Origin: Heterodontus francisci
Lineage: Eukaryota
DNA: 64,000 bases
Assembly: GCF_036365525.1 (NCBI RefSeq)
Contig: NW_027141721.1
Location: forward strand, 62,001 to 126,000
Direction of reading: 5' to 3'
In this document: positions 25,060 through 39,045 of the stretch, piece by piece
Layout of the letters: each line of letters starts with the position of its first letter
Position numbering within the stretch: the stretch's first letter is position 1
Notes under the pieces: model-generated
Seen by the model: the letters and a program-made list of their open reading frames with translations, nothing else
What the model was told of the DNA's origin: nothing
Databases searched by the model: none
Program-made: the position numbers and the translations under genes

Positions 25060-26030
25060 TTAGTCTTTGGGAGTAGATAGAGAGAAACTATTACCGCTGG
25101 TTTGGGAATCTAGGACTAAGAGGCAAAGACTAAAAATTACAGCCAGACTTTTCAGGAGTGAAATTAGGAAACACTTTTACACACAATGGGTGGAGAGGTT
25201 TGAACTCTCTTCTGCTAACGGAAATTGATGCTGAATCAATTGTTAATTTGAAATCGGAGATGGATTGGTTTTTGTGATCCAAAATATATTAAGGGATATG
25301 GGGCAAAGGCGGGAATATGGAGTTAGATCACAGATCAGCCATGATCTCATTGAATGGTGGTACAGAATTGAGGGCCTGAATGGCCCCTTCCTGTTCCTGC
25401 CTTTGTCTTAGCAGTTTCTGCTGGCATTGAATTCTGTATTTTGGGTAAAGAATTCACCTCAACTCCCTATCGGATTTCAGTTTTTCTCAGCTTTTATTCT
25501 CTGTTTTATTCCTATCCTCTTCGTCCCCTAGTCTTTGTACAATCAGCTAATGGGAACAGTTTTTCTTTGTCTACTTTATCTAAACCTCTCTTCATTTTGT
25601 ACACTTCTGTCAAATCTCCCCTCAATTTCCTTTGCTCCAAGGAGAACAACCCCAGCTTCACCAAACTAACCATGTAGCAAAAATCTCTCATCCCTGGAAC
25701 CATCCCGGTAAATCTCCTCTGCACCCTTTCAAGGACCCTACATCCTTCCTAAAGTGTGGTGACCCGAACCGAGCTCAGTACTCAAGTTGGGGCCTAACCA
25801 GAACCTCATATATGTTGAGCATAACCACCCTGCTTTTGTACTTTATACCCCTATTCATGAATCCCAAGATCCCATAAGCTTTGTGAACCTCTCTCTCAAT
25901 ATGTCCTGCCACCTTCAAAGATCTATGCACATTAACCCCCAGGTCCCTCTGTCCTTGAACACTCTTTAGGCCTATGTCATTAAGTCAGTATTTCCTCTCT
26001 GTCTCCCTTCTGCCAAAATGCATCACCTGA
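25060..26030. mobile_element. Two CR1-type LINE 3' fragments (plus then minus strand)
   Basis: Minus-strand QRRFTGMVPGMRDF..LGLFSLEQRKLRGDL; plus-strand CR1 tail at ~25060-25400. Confidence 0.7.
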
Positions 26031-26939
26031 TAGCAATGTAGTTCATTGTTAACTGCCTCTGAAATGGACTAGCAAGTCATTCAGTTAAGGGAAATTCTGC
26101 ATAGGCAATGAATTCTGGCCTTGTCAGTGATGTGCGCATCCCTGAATATGTGTTTTTTATATAAAATGCCTCCTTCTTCATTTTTCTTTCACTGTTTTCT
26201 CACTTTGCTTCCCCTCTTTACGTCCTTCAGATCATCTGTTTTAGTATATCACAAGTGTTGGTCAAACCAGTCACTATGAACGAGCAGACTTGGGAAAATC
26301 CAGTTGTCTATTTTGTGTGGAATGATTATGATTTGAATCTGTTTCAGAGTTAGTGGAATTGACTATTAGGTAGATTGGTCAGGTCACTGCTGGATTGCTC
26401 ACTCAGTCTTTCAAGAAGCAAGTTGGACTCAGGCTGCGGTGGAGCTCCATCCCCACCTCGTGGCTGTCATGTGTAACTACAGGTACCTGTGGTTTGCACA
26501 GTGCAATTGATAAAATAGGCATTGTGAAGACATGCTTTGAAATTGCTCCGTCTTCCCATTTGTTATCCGTTGTTTCAGCTGATGACGCTAGTGACATCGA
26601 ATTAGAAGGAATATGCAGCACAGAGTTAGGCTATTCGGCCCGATGGGCCCATGTTCCAGACTAGCCTGGGGTAGATGGCGGTGCACTTGACATGTCACTG
26701 AGCTAGTAATCCAGAGGCAAGAGTGAATCTCCAGGGGACATGCGTCAGAGTCCCACCAGGTCAGATGGTGGAAATTAAATACAATTAATGAATAAATACA
26801 ATTATTTCATCAGAATATCTGCAATTGAAAGCTAGTCTCTCTTGAGGTGCCCTGACACCCAGCTGGCTCACTCATTTCTTTTCGGGAAGGAAATCCGCCG
26901 TACCTACCTGGTCTGGCCTGCATGTGACTTGAGACCCAC

Positions 26940-27660
26940 AGAACACAAGAAATTGGAGCAGGTGTAGACCATATATCCCATCGAGCCTGCTCCATCATTC
27001 AATAATCATGGCTGATCTTGGGCTTCAATTCCACTTTCCTGCCTGCTCCCCATATCCCTTGATTTCCTGAGGGATCAGAAATCCCAGCCTTAAATGTATT
27101 CAATGAAGGACCATCCACAACACTCTGGGATAGAGAAATCCAAAGTTTCACAACCCTTTGAGTGAAGTCATTTCTCCTCATCTCAGTCCAGAATGATTGA
27201 TCCCTTGTCCTGAGATTTCTCACTGCCTCTTTTCTTGAAAAGCCGTGTAACATTTGTCAGATTTCAATCCGATGGGACCATTCCTGAATCTTAGGAATTC
27301 TGGAAAATCATAACCAGCGCCCCCACTCTCTCTGCAGCTATCTCTTTTAGAACTCTGGTATATAATCCATCTGTTCCAGGGGACTTGTCAGATTTTAATC
27401 CCCCAAGTTTCTCCAAAACTTTTTCTCAATTGATATGAATATCCTTAATTTCCTCACTCTTTTTTACTGCCTATTTCTGGGATGGAACTTGTGTCTTCAA
27501 CTGTGAAGACAGGCACAAAATATTAGTTCAATTCCACTGCCATTTCCCCATTCCCCATGGTGATTTCTCCTGTCTTTACCTCGAAGGAACCAACGTCAAC
27601 TTCAGCTGCACTCTTGCTTGTTATGTAAAAGCTCCGACCATCTGTGTTTATATTGCTGGT
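26940..27660 (-). mobile_element. CR1-type LINE fragments
   Basis: TEMRRNDFTQRVVKLW motif and CR1 3' tail. Confidence 0.6.
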
Positions 27661-28279
27661 TAGCTTATTCTCATATTTTATTCCCACATCTGATGAAAGA
27701 ACATAAACAATGTCTTCATCCAGCCCTATCAGTATGACGTGCTATTTCCTGCTCCCTAATGTTTTTATCCAGCATCCATTTACATATATCTGGTTATACA
27801 CATCATTTATTTCTGTGTGCTAGTGAATTCCACATTCTCACCACTCTGTATAAATTCATTTCTTGGAGTTATTAGTGAGTATGATGTATTCATGACCTTC
27901 CCTGCAAGTGCAGACATCTTCTATTCCTCTACCCTATCATATTCCTTCATAATCTTGAACACCTCTAACAGGTCACCCTCAGCATTGTCCTCAGCACTTC
28001 AGGTGTCGTCTAAACAAAGTATATAGAGCTGAGAATTGGGCACAGTGCTCCAGGTGTGGTGTAACCGAGGTACGGGTTGAAGAGCTGTTCGATGAACCAT
28101 TATACAGGTGTGGGCAGAGACAGTGTGTGTTGTCTGTCTGGAGGTTGTGGGGAGTTAGAACATGGGCGTTCTGCCACTCGAACGGGCACTGAACAGATGC
28201 AGATCCGCATCCGATCAGCCAGGGCTGCTCTTCACCGAATGCTGGGTGAAATGCACCCGTTTGAAGGGAGACGTGTGAG

Positions 28280-28318
28280 GGTTTTTGTCAAGGCGGCCAA
28301 TGACTCTGAACCGCTGTG
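28280..28318 (-). other. 23-RSS of TRBV C
   Basis: CACAGCG + 23 nt + ACAAAAACC. Confidence 0.92.
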
Positions 28319-29052
28319 TCCCATCAGCAGCTGCACAAAAATACACCGCCTCGTCCGTGGCATTCACACTCTCGATCGTCAGAGTGGATTTCTTATTTTC
28401 CAGAGTCCTCGTGATTGCAAATCCGCTCTTAAAGCCATCTTCATATTGAGGTTCACCTGCTGCTAATGTAAACCCGATTAACAGGAATCCTCCGCCGGGG
28501 GACTGACGATACCAGTACATGTAGTTGCGAACTGTTCCTTCCTGCAGACAGTTCATTTCCACTGATCCTGGTTGTTTAACAGCCAGTGACTGAGGCCATT
28601 GATGTATCACATCACCCCGGCAAACACCTAGAAAGAGAAATTAGAGGGAATGAACTAGTATCGATGGAGTTACAATTGAGACGATGGACGTCGGTGTTGC
28701 ACCAAATTAACGACGGAAATTCGGTCTGTGTCCTAATTTCCTGCAAGCACCTGGATCTTTACAAATGTAAAATAGAATTGTGGAATCGACAAGTTTGCAA
28801 GTGGGTGCAAACATTAAAGAGTTAACATCATATTAATAACACTTGTCTTCCCAAACTAGGGGACAGATTAATGAGTTCACTGTCTTATATGAAATAATCG
28901 ATTACTGATTTCACAAGTCACCGCCGCTCAGTTTTATTAAGATCATTCATCATCCCTTTCAGTTAAACAAATGTAGAAGAGTGATTGGGACAGAGTGTTA
29001 ACCTACTCAGCCCCAGAAGGGAAATAGCAAAGACGATGAAACTGAAAGACAT
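28319..29052 (-). CDS. TRBV: TCR beta V segment, singleton family C (intact)
   Basis: Leader 29052-29007 MSFSFIVFAISLLGL; V exon 28627-28319 VCRGDVIHQWPQ..MNC..WYRQSPG..DEAVYFCAAADG. Confidence 0.88.
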
Positions 29053-30096
29053 GTTTGCTGTGGATCTGAGAGACTTTCTGCTGGTTACTCTGGGTTTTAA
29101 GTGAGGGAGAGAGATGAGGTGCAGGCAGAGCGGATCGTCATCAGAGGAAGTTATCTCAAGGCAATGATCCCCGCCCCTACCTTTAAGTTGTCCCCCATTC
29201 TTTTGTTTTCTTCCTTCCGCCCCTATCCACTTGTTTCTTCTCTCCATTTCCCTCCTTCCACCCCACGTTCTACTCTGCTGCCAATATCTTCACTCTCTTC
29301 CCTTTGTGAGCTTGCTTTCATGCTGAATCGAGGGAAATTTTGAAGGTAGCGAGGTGTTGGAGAGGGTAGGTGAAAAAAACAAGGAGCGGTGCAACGATAG
29401 CTGCTTTGAGTGACTCCAGAGATTATGGCGCACAACAGGGGATTATTAACATCCTTTTGCAAATTAAAATCAGTAGTGGAGGAAGAGAAGGTGGATAGTT
29501 CGATGGCAGCGGCGGCGGCTCATATAACATCACTGTAAAGTGGAAATCTAACTGCATTTAGCCTTTAAAGTGAAAAGATTGCGGAACCAGAGGAATTGAC
29601 TCATTGATCAGCGGCGCCAAAGCCTGTGGTGGCGCGAAATATAGTGGAGCCACTGCGCCGACCAGTGGCAGCATGGTGCAACTGCAACAAGCTGTGTTTG
29701 TTACTTTCCCAGTGAAGCCCATGCTGTGGGCTTCTTCAAGTCAATTCCCGAAATTCATCCTCCTTCTCAGTGTTTCATCCTCTCCTGCAGAGGATTATTA
29801 CCCACAGAATTAACGATACAAATTCAGTATTTGTCCTAATTTCCTGCCAGTATCTGTACAGATGTAAAGCAGAAGAGTGAAATCTACATGAGCAAAAGTG
29901 GGTGTAGATGTTATATGGTTAACAGTATATTCTTCACACTTTTGTTGCCAAAAAAGGGGGAACAGATTAATGAGTTCAATGTCTTATATTCAATAATTGA
30001 TTGCTGATTTCACAAGTCACCGCCGCACAGTCTTGTTGAGATCATTAATCAGTTGATCAAATGTAAAACAGTGATTGTGACAGAATTTAAACATAC

Positions 30097-30143
30097 TCAG
30101 CGACAGAAGGAAAATAGCAAACGTCGATGAAATTGAATGGCAT
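30097..30143 (-). pseudogene. Orphan frameshifted leader exon of family C (V exon absent)
   Basis: ~29810-30190 is paralogous to ~28708-29100; leader is 47 nt versus 46 nt. Confidence 0.65.
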
Positions 30144-30199
30144 GTTTGCGGCGGAATTAAGACACTTTCTGCTGGTTGCTCTGGGTTTAAGGGAGCGAA

Positions 30200-31810
30200 G
30201 CTGAGGGAGGAAACATTATTTGGATTAGCATCCTTGAAAGTTGATAAATCACCAGGGCCGGATGAAATGAATCCGAAGCTGCAAAAAGAAGCAAGAGAAG
30301 AAATAGCAGAGGGTCTGACCATCTTTTTGCAGTCCTCACAGGTGTGGTGCCGGAGGATTGGAGAATTGTTAATGTTGTGCCTCCGTTTAAAAAGGGAGAG
30401 AAGGATAGACTGACTAATTACAGGCCAGTCAGTCTGACCTCAGTAATGAGCAAATTATTGCAATCTATTCTGGGAGACAGGAAAAACTGTCACTTAGAAA
30501 GGCATGGGTTAATCAAGGATAGACAGCATAGATTTGTTAAGGGACGATCTTGTTTTATCAACTTGATCTAATTTTTTGAAGAAGTAACAAGGAAGATAGA
30601 TGAGGGTAGTGCAGTTGACGTGGTCTACATGGATTTTAGCAAGGCTTTTGAAAAGGCTGCACATGGCAGAATGGTTCAAAAAAAACAAAATCCCATGGGA
30701 TCAAGGGAAATGCAGCAAGGTGGATACAAAATTGGCTTAGTGGCAGGAAACAATGGGTAATTGTTGATGGGTGTTTTAGCGAATGGAGGGCTGTTCCCAG
30801 TGGCGTTCCACAGGGCTCAGCACTGGATTCCCTGCTTTTTGTGGTATATATTAACGATTTGGATGCAAATGTAGGGGGGCATTTTCAAGATGTATGCAGA
30901 CAACACAAGGATTAGCCGTGTGGTAGATCGCGAGGTGGATAGCTGTAGGCTGCAGGAAGATATTGGTGGTCTTGTCAGATGGGCAGAAGAGTGGCAAATG
31001 GAATCCAACTTGGAGAGGTGTGAGGTGATGCATTTGGGGAGGTCAAACAAGGCAAAGGAACATACGATTAATGGGAAAATACTGAGAAGTGTAGATGAAG
31101 TGAGGGAACTTGGAGTGAATGTCTCCAGATTACTGAAGGTAGCAGGACAGGTCGGTAAGTTGGTTAAGAAGGCATATGGAATCCGTTCCTTTATTAGCTG
31201 AGGTATAGAATACAAGAGCAGGGAGGTTATGCTGGAACTGTATACATCATGGGTTAGGCCACAACTTGAGTACTGTGTGCAGTTCTGGTCACCTCATTGC
31301 AGAAAGAATGTAATTGCACTAGAGAGGGTACAGAGGGGATTTACGAGGATGTTGCCAGAACTGGAAAATGCAGCTATGCGGAAAGATTGGATAGGCTGGG
31401 GTTGTTCTCCTTGGAACAGAGAAAGCTGAGGGGAGGTCTGTTAGAAATGTAAAAAATATTGAAGGGGCCTGGATAGAGTGGAGGTGAAAGGTCTATTCAT
31501 CTTGGCAGAGAGATCAGTGACGAGGGGGAAGAGATTTTATGTGATTGTTAGAAGAATTGGAGGGGAGAAAAGGAAAACCTTAGAAGTGGTGGGGGTCAGG
31601 TACTCGCTGCCTGAAAGGGTTGTTGAGGCAGACACTCTCAACTCATTCAAAGGAGTCTGGATATGCACCTCAAGTGCCGTAATCTGCAGGGCTATGGACC
31701 AAATGCTGGAAGGTGTGATATGAATAGGTGGATTGTTTTTCAGCCGCCACCGACACGATGGGCCAATTGGCCTCTTGCTGTGCCTTAAACTTTCTACGAT
31801 TCTATTGGAG
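30200..31810 (+). mobile_element. CR1-type LINE, 5'-truncated
   Basis: VPEDWRIVNVVPPFKKG, NYRPVSLTS, YADNT, RPQLEYCVQFWSP. Confidence 0.9.
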
Positions 31811-32669
31811 TGATAGAGTGTATGTGAAAGTGCCAAGGAATGAGAGAGAGACATAGTGCGAGACAGAGTCAGAGAGGATGATATGGTGAAAAACAGTTAG
31901 AGTAAAAGAGAGGCAGTGATAGAGATAGATGGAGAAAGGGAGAAAAAGATCTCTGTCTATTTATCTATACAGCTATCTATCTATCTCTGTAGCTATCTGT
32001 CTATCTTTCTCTCTATCTATATATCTGCATGGCTGTGTGTCTGTCTGTCTATCTGTGTCAATTTGTCTCTCGATCTGTATGAATCCGTCTGTCTGTCTTC
32101 ATATCGACCTATCTGCATATCTGTCTGTCTATCTAACAATCTATTTGACTATTTGTCTATCTATCTGTCTACCTATCTGTCTGTCTATCTATCAATCTGT
32201 CTACCCATCTGTCTTTNNNNNNNNNNNNNNNNNNNNNNNNNNNNNNNNNNNNNNNNNNNNNNNNNNNNNNNNNNNNNNNNNNNNNNNNNNNNNNNNNNNN
32301 NNNNNNNNNNNNNNNNNNNNNNNNNNNNNNNNNNNNNNNNNNNNNNNNNNNNNNNCTATCTATCTGCCTGTCTATGCTGCCTATGGCATGGTGCTGTACA
32401 CCAATTGGCTTCCGTGTTTTAAGTACACTGCTCTCTGAAATGACCTAGCAAACTCTTCAGTTATCTACAAGGCAGCACACACCTTCTCCAGGGCAATTAG
32501 CGATGTTGAATAACTACTGGCCTTCTCAGAGGGACCCAGGTCCCCAGAATGAATTTTTAAAAAATCAAAACAAGGGAAGAAGTTGCAGAGGATCTGACCA
32601 TCATTTTCCAGTTCTTAATTGGCTGTTAACTGCTTTGGGACGTCTTGAAGTCGTGGAAGACCTGATATA

Positions 32670-33215
32670 ACTTTTTTTCTTATTCCTTCATGGGACGTGA
32701 GTTTCTTTCACAAGGCCAGCAATTATTTCACAACATTGATTACCCTTGAGAAGGTGGTGGTGAGCTGCCTTCTTGAACCATGGGGGGTAGGTACACCCAC
32801 AGTGCTGTTGGGAAGGGAGTTCCCGGATTTTGACCCAGTGTCAGTGAAGAAACGGCGATATAGTTCCAAGTCAGGATGGTGTGTGACTTGGAGGGGAACT
32901 TGCAGGTGGTGGTGCCCCCATGTATTTGCTGCCCTTGTCCTTCTGGTGGTAGAGTTGGTTGGTTTGGAAGGTGCTGTCTCAGGACACTCGATGCTTTGCT
33001 GCAGTGCATCTTGTCGATGGTACACACTGCTGCCACCGTGGTGAAGGGAGTGAGTGTTGAAGGTGGTAGATGGGTTGCTGATCAAGAGGGCTGCTTTTTC
33101 CTGGATGGTGTTGAGCTTCCTGAGTGTTGTTGGAGCTGCACCCATCCAGGCAAGTGGAGAGTATTCCATCACATTCCTGACTTGTGCCTTGTAGATGATT
33201 GATACTCTATCCATC
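32670..33215 (-). mobile_element. LINE 3' fragment (same family as 885-1480)
   Basis: IYKAQVRNVMEYSPLAWMGAAPTTLRKLNTIQEKAA. Confidence 0.8.
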
Positions 33216-33559
33216 ACTTCACAATGGTGATGTTAACTATCTGTCTTATTTACATCATTAATTAACCTTTTAATTAATCAAGTATAGGACAGAGACTGTG
33301 ACTCAGTTTTAACATACACAGTGCCAGAAATTAAACAGTGTAGACGAGGACTTTGAAATTTTGCAGGGGATCTGAGACACATCTCTCTCCTTCCTTCTCT
33401 CTCTTCCTCGGACCTTCTGCCATTCCGTGTCATTCAGCCCTTGATGACGGTTCAGGAATCCGAGAATCACCAGCTGGGAAAACGGCTGGTGAGGCAGGGA
33501 GAGACATTAACCATTGTCACTGCTCCTGTATGTCAGTCAGTTGTGTTGTTCACCCTGTT

Positions 33560-33598
33560 GGTTTTTGTACTGGCACGAAGGCAGTCTGCAGCGCTGTG
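33560..33598 (-). other. 23-RSS of TRBV D
   Basis: CACAGCG + 23 nt + ACAAAAACC. Confidence 0.92.
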
Positions 33599-34414
33599 CT
33601 CACTGGCTGCACAGTAATACACCGCCGCATCCGCAGCCTTAACCTTGAGGACCCTCAGGCTGCATCGTCTCTCCTCGGGCCTTAAAATCTTCACCTCCTC
33701 CTCAAATTTTCCTTCGTATGTGACTGGGATTCCATTAATAGAATGACCCATTAGGGTGAGCCCCTGCCCGGCAAACTGCCGATACCACAGCATAACGCTC
33801 TTACTACTGTCATTCTGGTAACAGTTTAATTCTGCTGGTTCACCTCTCTTCACCACCACCAGAGTTGGCCACTGGTGTATCACCTCTGCTAGAGTTTTGC
33901 CTTGAGAAATAAGGAGAATAGTTAAAAAAGTTTAGAACATATTGTGACATATGATAACCAACTATAACTATCCAAATAGATAAGTAGATAATACTAGATA
34001 ACTATATAGGCAGACAATATATCGTAAAATGATATATTTGTAGATATATAGATAATAAACAGATAGATATAGAGATTGAAAAATAATGTAGCAAGTGATA
34101 TGAGACAGACAAATTAACCCAGAATTAGGGCAAACTTATCGGTTAAAGATAGGTATAGTAGCGTCACGAATATATAAGTAATTTTTATTCAGTCATAAAT
34201 TTCATTAAGTAAATATTATTGACAGTGAAAGTAAAGTATGTAGTTTAAGAAATGACAGGAAAATGATTGCAATTATGTTTTATCAATCTAGTTTGATAGA
34301 AGTTAGTAGTGAATGAAAACACAGCAAGTATTTTAGCAGAGGTATCTTTATGAACGATGAATACCTACATGGAAGAAGAGAACAGACGATTAGGAAGAGT
34401 TTGACTAACTGCAT
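33599..34414 (-). CDS. TRBV: TCR beta V segment, singleton family D (intact)
   Basis: Leader 34414-34369 MQLVKLFLIVCSLLP; V exon 33900-33599 KTLAEVIHQWP..LNC..WYRQFAG..DAAVYYCAASE. Confidence 0.88.
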
Positions 34415-35377
34415 CCTGCAGACTGAGGGCTGAATCTGTTCATGAACCAATATCAGGCGGCTGAAGATAAAGCAGAGAGCGGAAATGACAGCACTGGAAA
34501 CAGGGTTTCCTTCTGACCCCTCACTTCTGGTATGACAGAATAATAACACCCACTGGTCGGAAGGAGCTTGAATAAGGAACTGCTTCCCGTCTGTATCTGG
34601 CTCTCGTTGGTTGTGTCTGATTGGTGTTGTATAGGGTGGCTCTTTCGAACAGCCGGGCCAGGCTCGATGGGCTGAATGGCCTCGGCTCTGCTGTATGATT
34701 CTATAAATATATAAGACACATCAAGTGGCTTGTTTATATTAGGCAGATAAAGATTTATTTCCCCTTTGCTAAACGACAATTCAAGGGCTATGTTTTACAT
34801 TGTGGTGAAATGTTAGGTACTTTGAAAAGCGACAGTGTCATGAAGAAGTGGGTTAACTGTTTTAAACAGATGCTCAAACTGCCGTCAGGAGGCAGGTGTT
34901 CCAGTGAGAGACCTATCTGGGGAGGTGTCTCACTTTTGCATTGTGTGAGTCATTGGGGACATGTACAACAGGGAGCTATGTGTAACTCTTGTCATAAACC
35001 ACCGACAGCTCATTCAACAGGACCATGAACCCATTTACCCCACCTCGGAATCTGTTCTTTACAGGTAGAGGCTGCCTTAACGAGAAGGATCTGAGCACAT
35101 TGCTGCAGCATTTTTAATAATTCATAATGTATTGATGTACTCTGTGTCGAAGGAGAGCAAGAAGATGAAACTATCAGTAAAATACAAATCATGATAGATC
35201 AATAATTAAACTGGTATGGTGCAAATAATGGGGTTAGATAGATGATAAACGTCAGATATATGGTGGATGCATATTTAGAGAGGTGAGAGACAGGTAGATA
35301 TATCGATGGCAAATGTATATATATGATCGAGATAAATAGATAGATAAATAGTGCAATATAACCAAAAATGGACAGCG

Positions 35378-35441
<64 letters not shown>
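35378..35441. repeat. (GATA)n microsatellite
   Basis: Perfect GATA run. Confidence 0.9.
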
Positions 35442-35558
35442 GGATGGATGCAGAGACGCACAAAGAGACACAGAAACTCGCAGATAGTCAGAGAGACAGA
35501 AAGACACTGAGATAGACAGACAGGTTTATCTCCCACAAGTGCTTTCCTGCCCCTTTAG

Positions 35559-35597
35559 AGTTTTTGCTGAACTCCAGCGCCTTTCTGAGTCACTGTG
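35559..35597 (-). other. 23-RSS of TRBV E
   Basis: CACAGTG + 23 nt + GCAAAAACT. Confidence 0.92.
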
Positions 35598-35881
35598 CAG
35601 ACTCCAGGCACAGCAATACACGGCTGATTGATTCGCCAACAGGCTGGAGGACTCCAGGTAAAACTGGGTGTTGTCGGGTCTCCTGGTGGTGAAACCGTCC
35701 ACCTCACTGGAGGGATTGATCGTTCTGGTGAAGCTGGAATAGAAAAGGTTCTCGGGTTCATGGTCCGGATGCCACCAGTACCAGTAGAAAGATTCTGTGT
35801 AAATACATTGGATACTGACTGGACAGCGTGGGGAATGGGATATGGAAGTGGGAGACTGTTGGTTCAGCACGGCCCCTACAT
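35598..35881 (-). pseudogene. TRBV: CAW-type TRBV family E; open V exon, probably non-functional
   Basis: DVGAVLNQQSPTSISHSP..QC..YWYWWHP..QSAVYCCAWSL; shortened CDR1, WYRQ and YFC degenerate; no intact leader found (candidate near 36685-36950 is split by a LINE). Confidence 0.7.
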
Positions 35882-38164
35882 CTGTAAAACCGAGAGAGAA
35901 AGAGATAGATACACCCAGAGACATGATTTAAATTGACATCGGCCACGAAGAGGGGGCAGGTACGATGGGCCGAACGATCTCTTAAGTGTCCTTAATGTCC
36001 CGTGTTTCTATGTAAGAAGGGAGAGGTGGGAGAGGGAGAGATGCGCAGAGAGAGAAAGAGAGACTCAGAGAAAGACATAGAATGATAAAGAGTGAGAGAA
36101 AAGGAGAGAAGCAGAGACAGAGAGAGAGAGAAGCACACAGACAGAGGGAGAAAAACAGCAACAATCCATACATGGACAACAGACATGAAGGAGCTAAGAG
36201 GACAGGGAGAGAGAGAAAGAGAGACAGAGAGAAAGGGAGAGTGGGAGGGACAGACATAGAGGAACATATATCGTTAGACAGAGAGAAAGAGATATGTAAA
36301 TAAATATTGATAGATAGAGATTCTATATAGTTAGGTAGTGAAATAGGCAGATATACAGATAATTAGATAACATAGATAGACAGATAGATAGAGTGATGGA
36401 TGGAGAGACCGATACATAGACGGAGAGATAGATAGATATAAAGTTAGATATGCAGATTCATAGATAGATAGATTCAGAGAAAGGGAGATACAGAGAGATA
36501 GATGGTGCAATAGACATTCTGATAAAGACCAGAGGGGTAATGAACAACAATACTGTCATGTATGGGGTAAATGTCACTCTAACACGTGCTTTTATAGTTT
36601 AGCTGCCAGTCTTAAAAATAAAGTACTGTTGTTCTGAAGGATTCACTATCACACCATTTGTACAAAATGAATACATTTTATTTACCTTCCAAACACTAAT
36701 CTGCACACAGGAAACAGATTCCCCCGCCCCTTTGTGTGAAGGAGTACTTCCTGACATCACTCCTGAATAGCCTGGCTCGATGTTTGGGTTTAGACCACCT
36801 TGTTCTGCCCCCGTGCCCCGCCCACAACAAGAGGAAATAGTTTATCTCCATCTACCCTATCAACACATTCAATCATTTTAAACACCTCAGTCAGATCACC
36901 ATTTAATCTTCTATACCTGAGGGAATAAGGAACAAGCAATGTAAACATGTTGGGTGTTGCATTTCCTTCACCCTTGATTGACTGATCAAAGATATTTTCA
37001 GAAACTCTGAACACAGGAAATCTTTCATAGAATCAGAGACTGGTTACAGTACAGAAGGAGTCCATTCCGCCCATCGAGTCCATGCCAGCTCTCTGCAAGA
37101 TCAACCCAGCTAGTGCAACTCCTCCTATCTCTCCTGTCAATTCAATTTGTCGCCATAACCACCTGCAAATTCCTCTGCGCTGTTTCCTTCGCATGCTCTT
37201 GTGGAAGGACTTTGTCAGCACAACACAGCAACAGAATCGCATTGTACAGAGAGACACAGAGACAGGGAAGGCACCGTTAGTATGTGTGGTTATCAGAGTG
37301 CAGCTGTAAATGTTTCAACATGTTCACGGATGCAGCAAGAAAAAAACAGCCTGTTTTGTGGGTTTAACCGACACACCTTTGTATTTTTCCACTCCTAGGC
37401 CCGAGGCAAAACAGTAGGTTAAAGGGTAAGGTAACAAAGTGTTATGTTCCTGGGCTAGTAATGTAAAGGCCTGGGCTAATAACCTGGAGATGTGAATTCA
37501 AATCCCAGCATGCTGGATTATTTCAATTCCCTTCATTAGATAAAGTTTGATTGATGAAAAGCTGCACTCAGTCATGGTGAACATCAACCTACAGTATTGG
37601 ACAAAAAACTCATCGTCACTGAGAGAAAGAAACCTGCCATCCTTATCCGGTCTGGCCTAAGAGGTGACTCCAGTCCCACAACAATATGGTTGATTCTTAA
37701 AGGGCCCTCTGAATTGGCCGGGCAAGACAGTCGGTCATACAAAAGCTGTGACGGGAACAGACAGCAATGGGGGTGGGCTCATCACCATCTTCTCAAAGAC
37801 GATGAGGTGGTGGGCACTGAATTCTGCATAAAAGTGCCACAACCACATCCTGTGAATGAAAGCAGATAGAGAGATTGAGAAATATAATAGAATAGAGGCC
37901 TCAACACGGGTGTGTGTACACTGCATGGCCTGTCCTCACCCCCAGACACATCATCTGGTCTGTTTCAATCTTTCCCCTCACTGCTCTGTAGCTAACCCCA
38001 GCCTCTTCCATGCAAGCGATACATGCACAGTTACTTGGCTGAGCTCCCATCCAGCATCCCTGATTAACATTCCCCAGTAACCCTCCATCCTAAACTCCCA
38101 CAAAATGCTCATGTGCCTGCTGTGTTATTTCCACCAACTTCACCAATCCCTTTCGACACCCCTA

Positions 38165-39045
38165 AATGTTGGTGTTGTTCTCCTGCTGAAGATGTTGTTG
38201 AACTTGTTGGTGTCTTCTTCCGACTGAAGTTGTTGTTGAACTTCTTGGTGCCTGCTTCTGACTGAAGTTGTTGTTGAATTTGTTGGTGCCTTCTTCTGAC
38301 TGAAGTTGTTGTTGAATTTGTTGATGCTTTCTTCCGACTGAAGTTGTTGTTGGATTTTTGGTGTTTTTCTCTCCTGCTGAAGTTATTGTTGGATTTGTTG
38401 GGTTTTGTTTTACTGCAGCTGAAGTTGTTGTTGTTTTTTTTTGGTGTTTTTCTCCTGCTGAAGTTATTGTTGAATTTGTTGGTGTTTTTCTACTGCTGAA
38501 GTTGTTGTTGAATTTGTTGGTGCTTATCACCTGCTGACTGAAGTTGTTGTTGAATTTGTGGTGTTTTTCTCCTGCTGAAGTTGTTGTTGAATTGTGGGGC
38601 TTTTTAACTGTTGCTGAAGTTGTTGTTGTATTCGTTGATTTTTTCCTGCTGAAGTTGTTGTTGAATCTGTTGGAGTTCTTTACTGCCTGCTGACTTTGTT
38701 GTTGAATTTTTTGGTGTTTTTTTCCTGCTGAAGTTGTTGTTGAATTTGTTGGTGTTCTTTAAACCCTGCTGACTTTGTTGTTGAATGTTATGGTGTTTTT
38801 CTCCTGCTGAAGTTGTTGTTGTATATGTTGAATGTTTTTTCCCGCTAATGTTGTTGAATTTGTGGTGTTTTTCTCCTGCTGAAGTTGTTGTTGCAATCGT
38901 TGATTTTTTTTTTCCTGCTGAAGTTGTTGAATTTGTTGGTGCTTTTCACCTGTTGAAGTTGTTGTTGAATTTGTTTGTGTTTTTCACCTGCTGAAGTTGT
39001 TGTTGAATTTGTTGATATTTTTCTTGAATTTGTTGCTGTTTTACT
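38165..39045. repeat. TTG/CAA-rich ~36-40 bp imperfect tandem repeat (also ~45240-45585, 48165-48430, 51090-51590, 53075-53360, 54480-54715)
   Basis: Unit approximately CTGCTGAAGTTGTTGTTGAATTTGTTGGTGTTTTTCTC. Confidence 0.85.
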
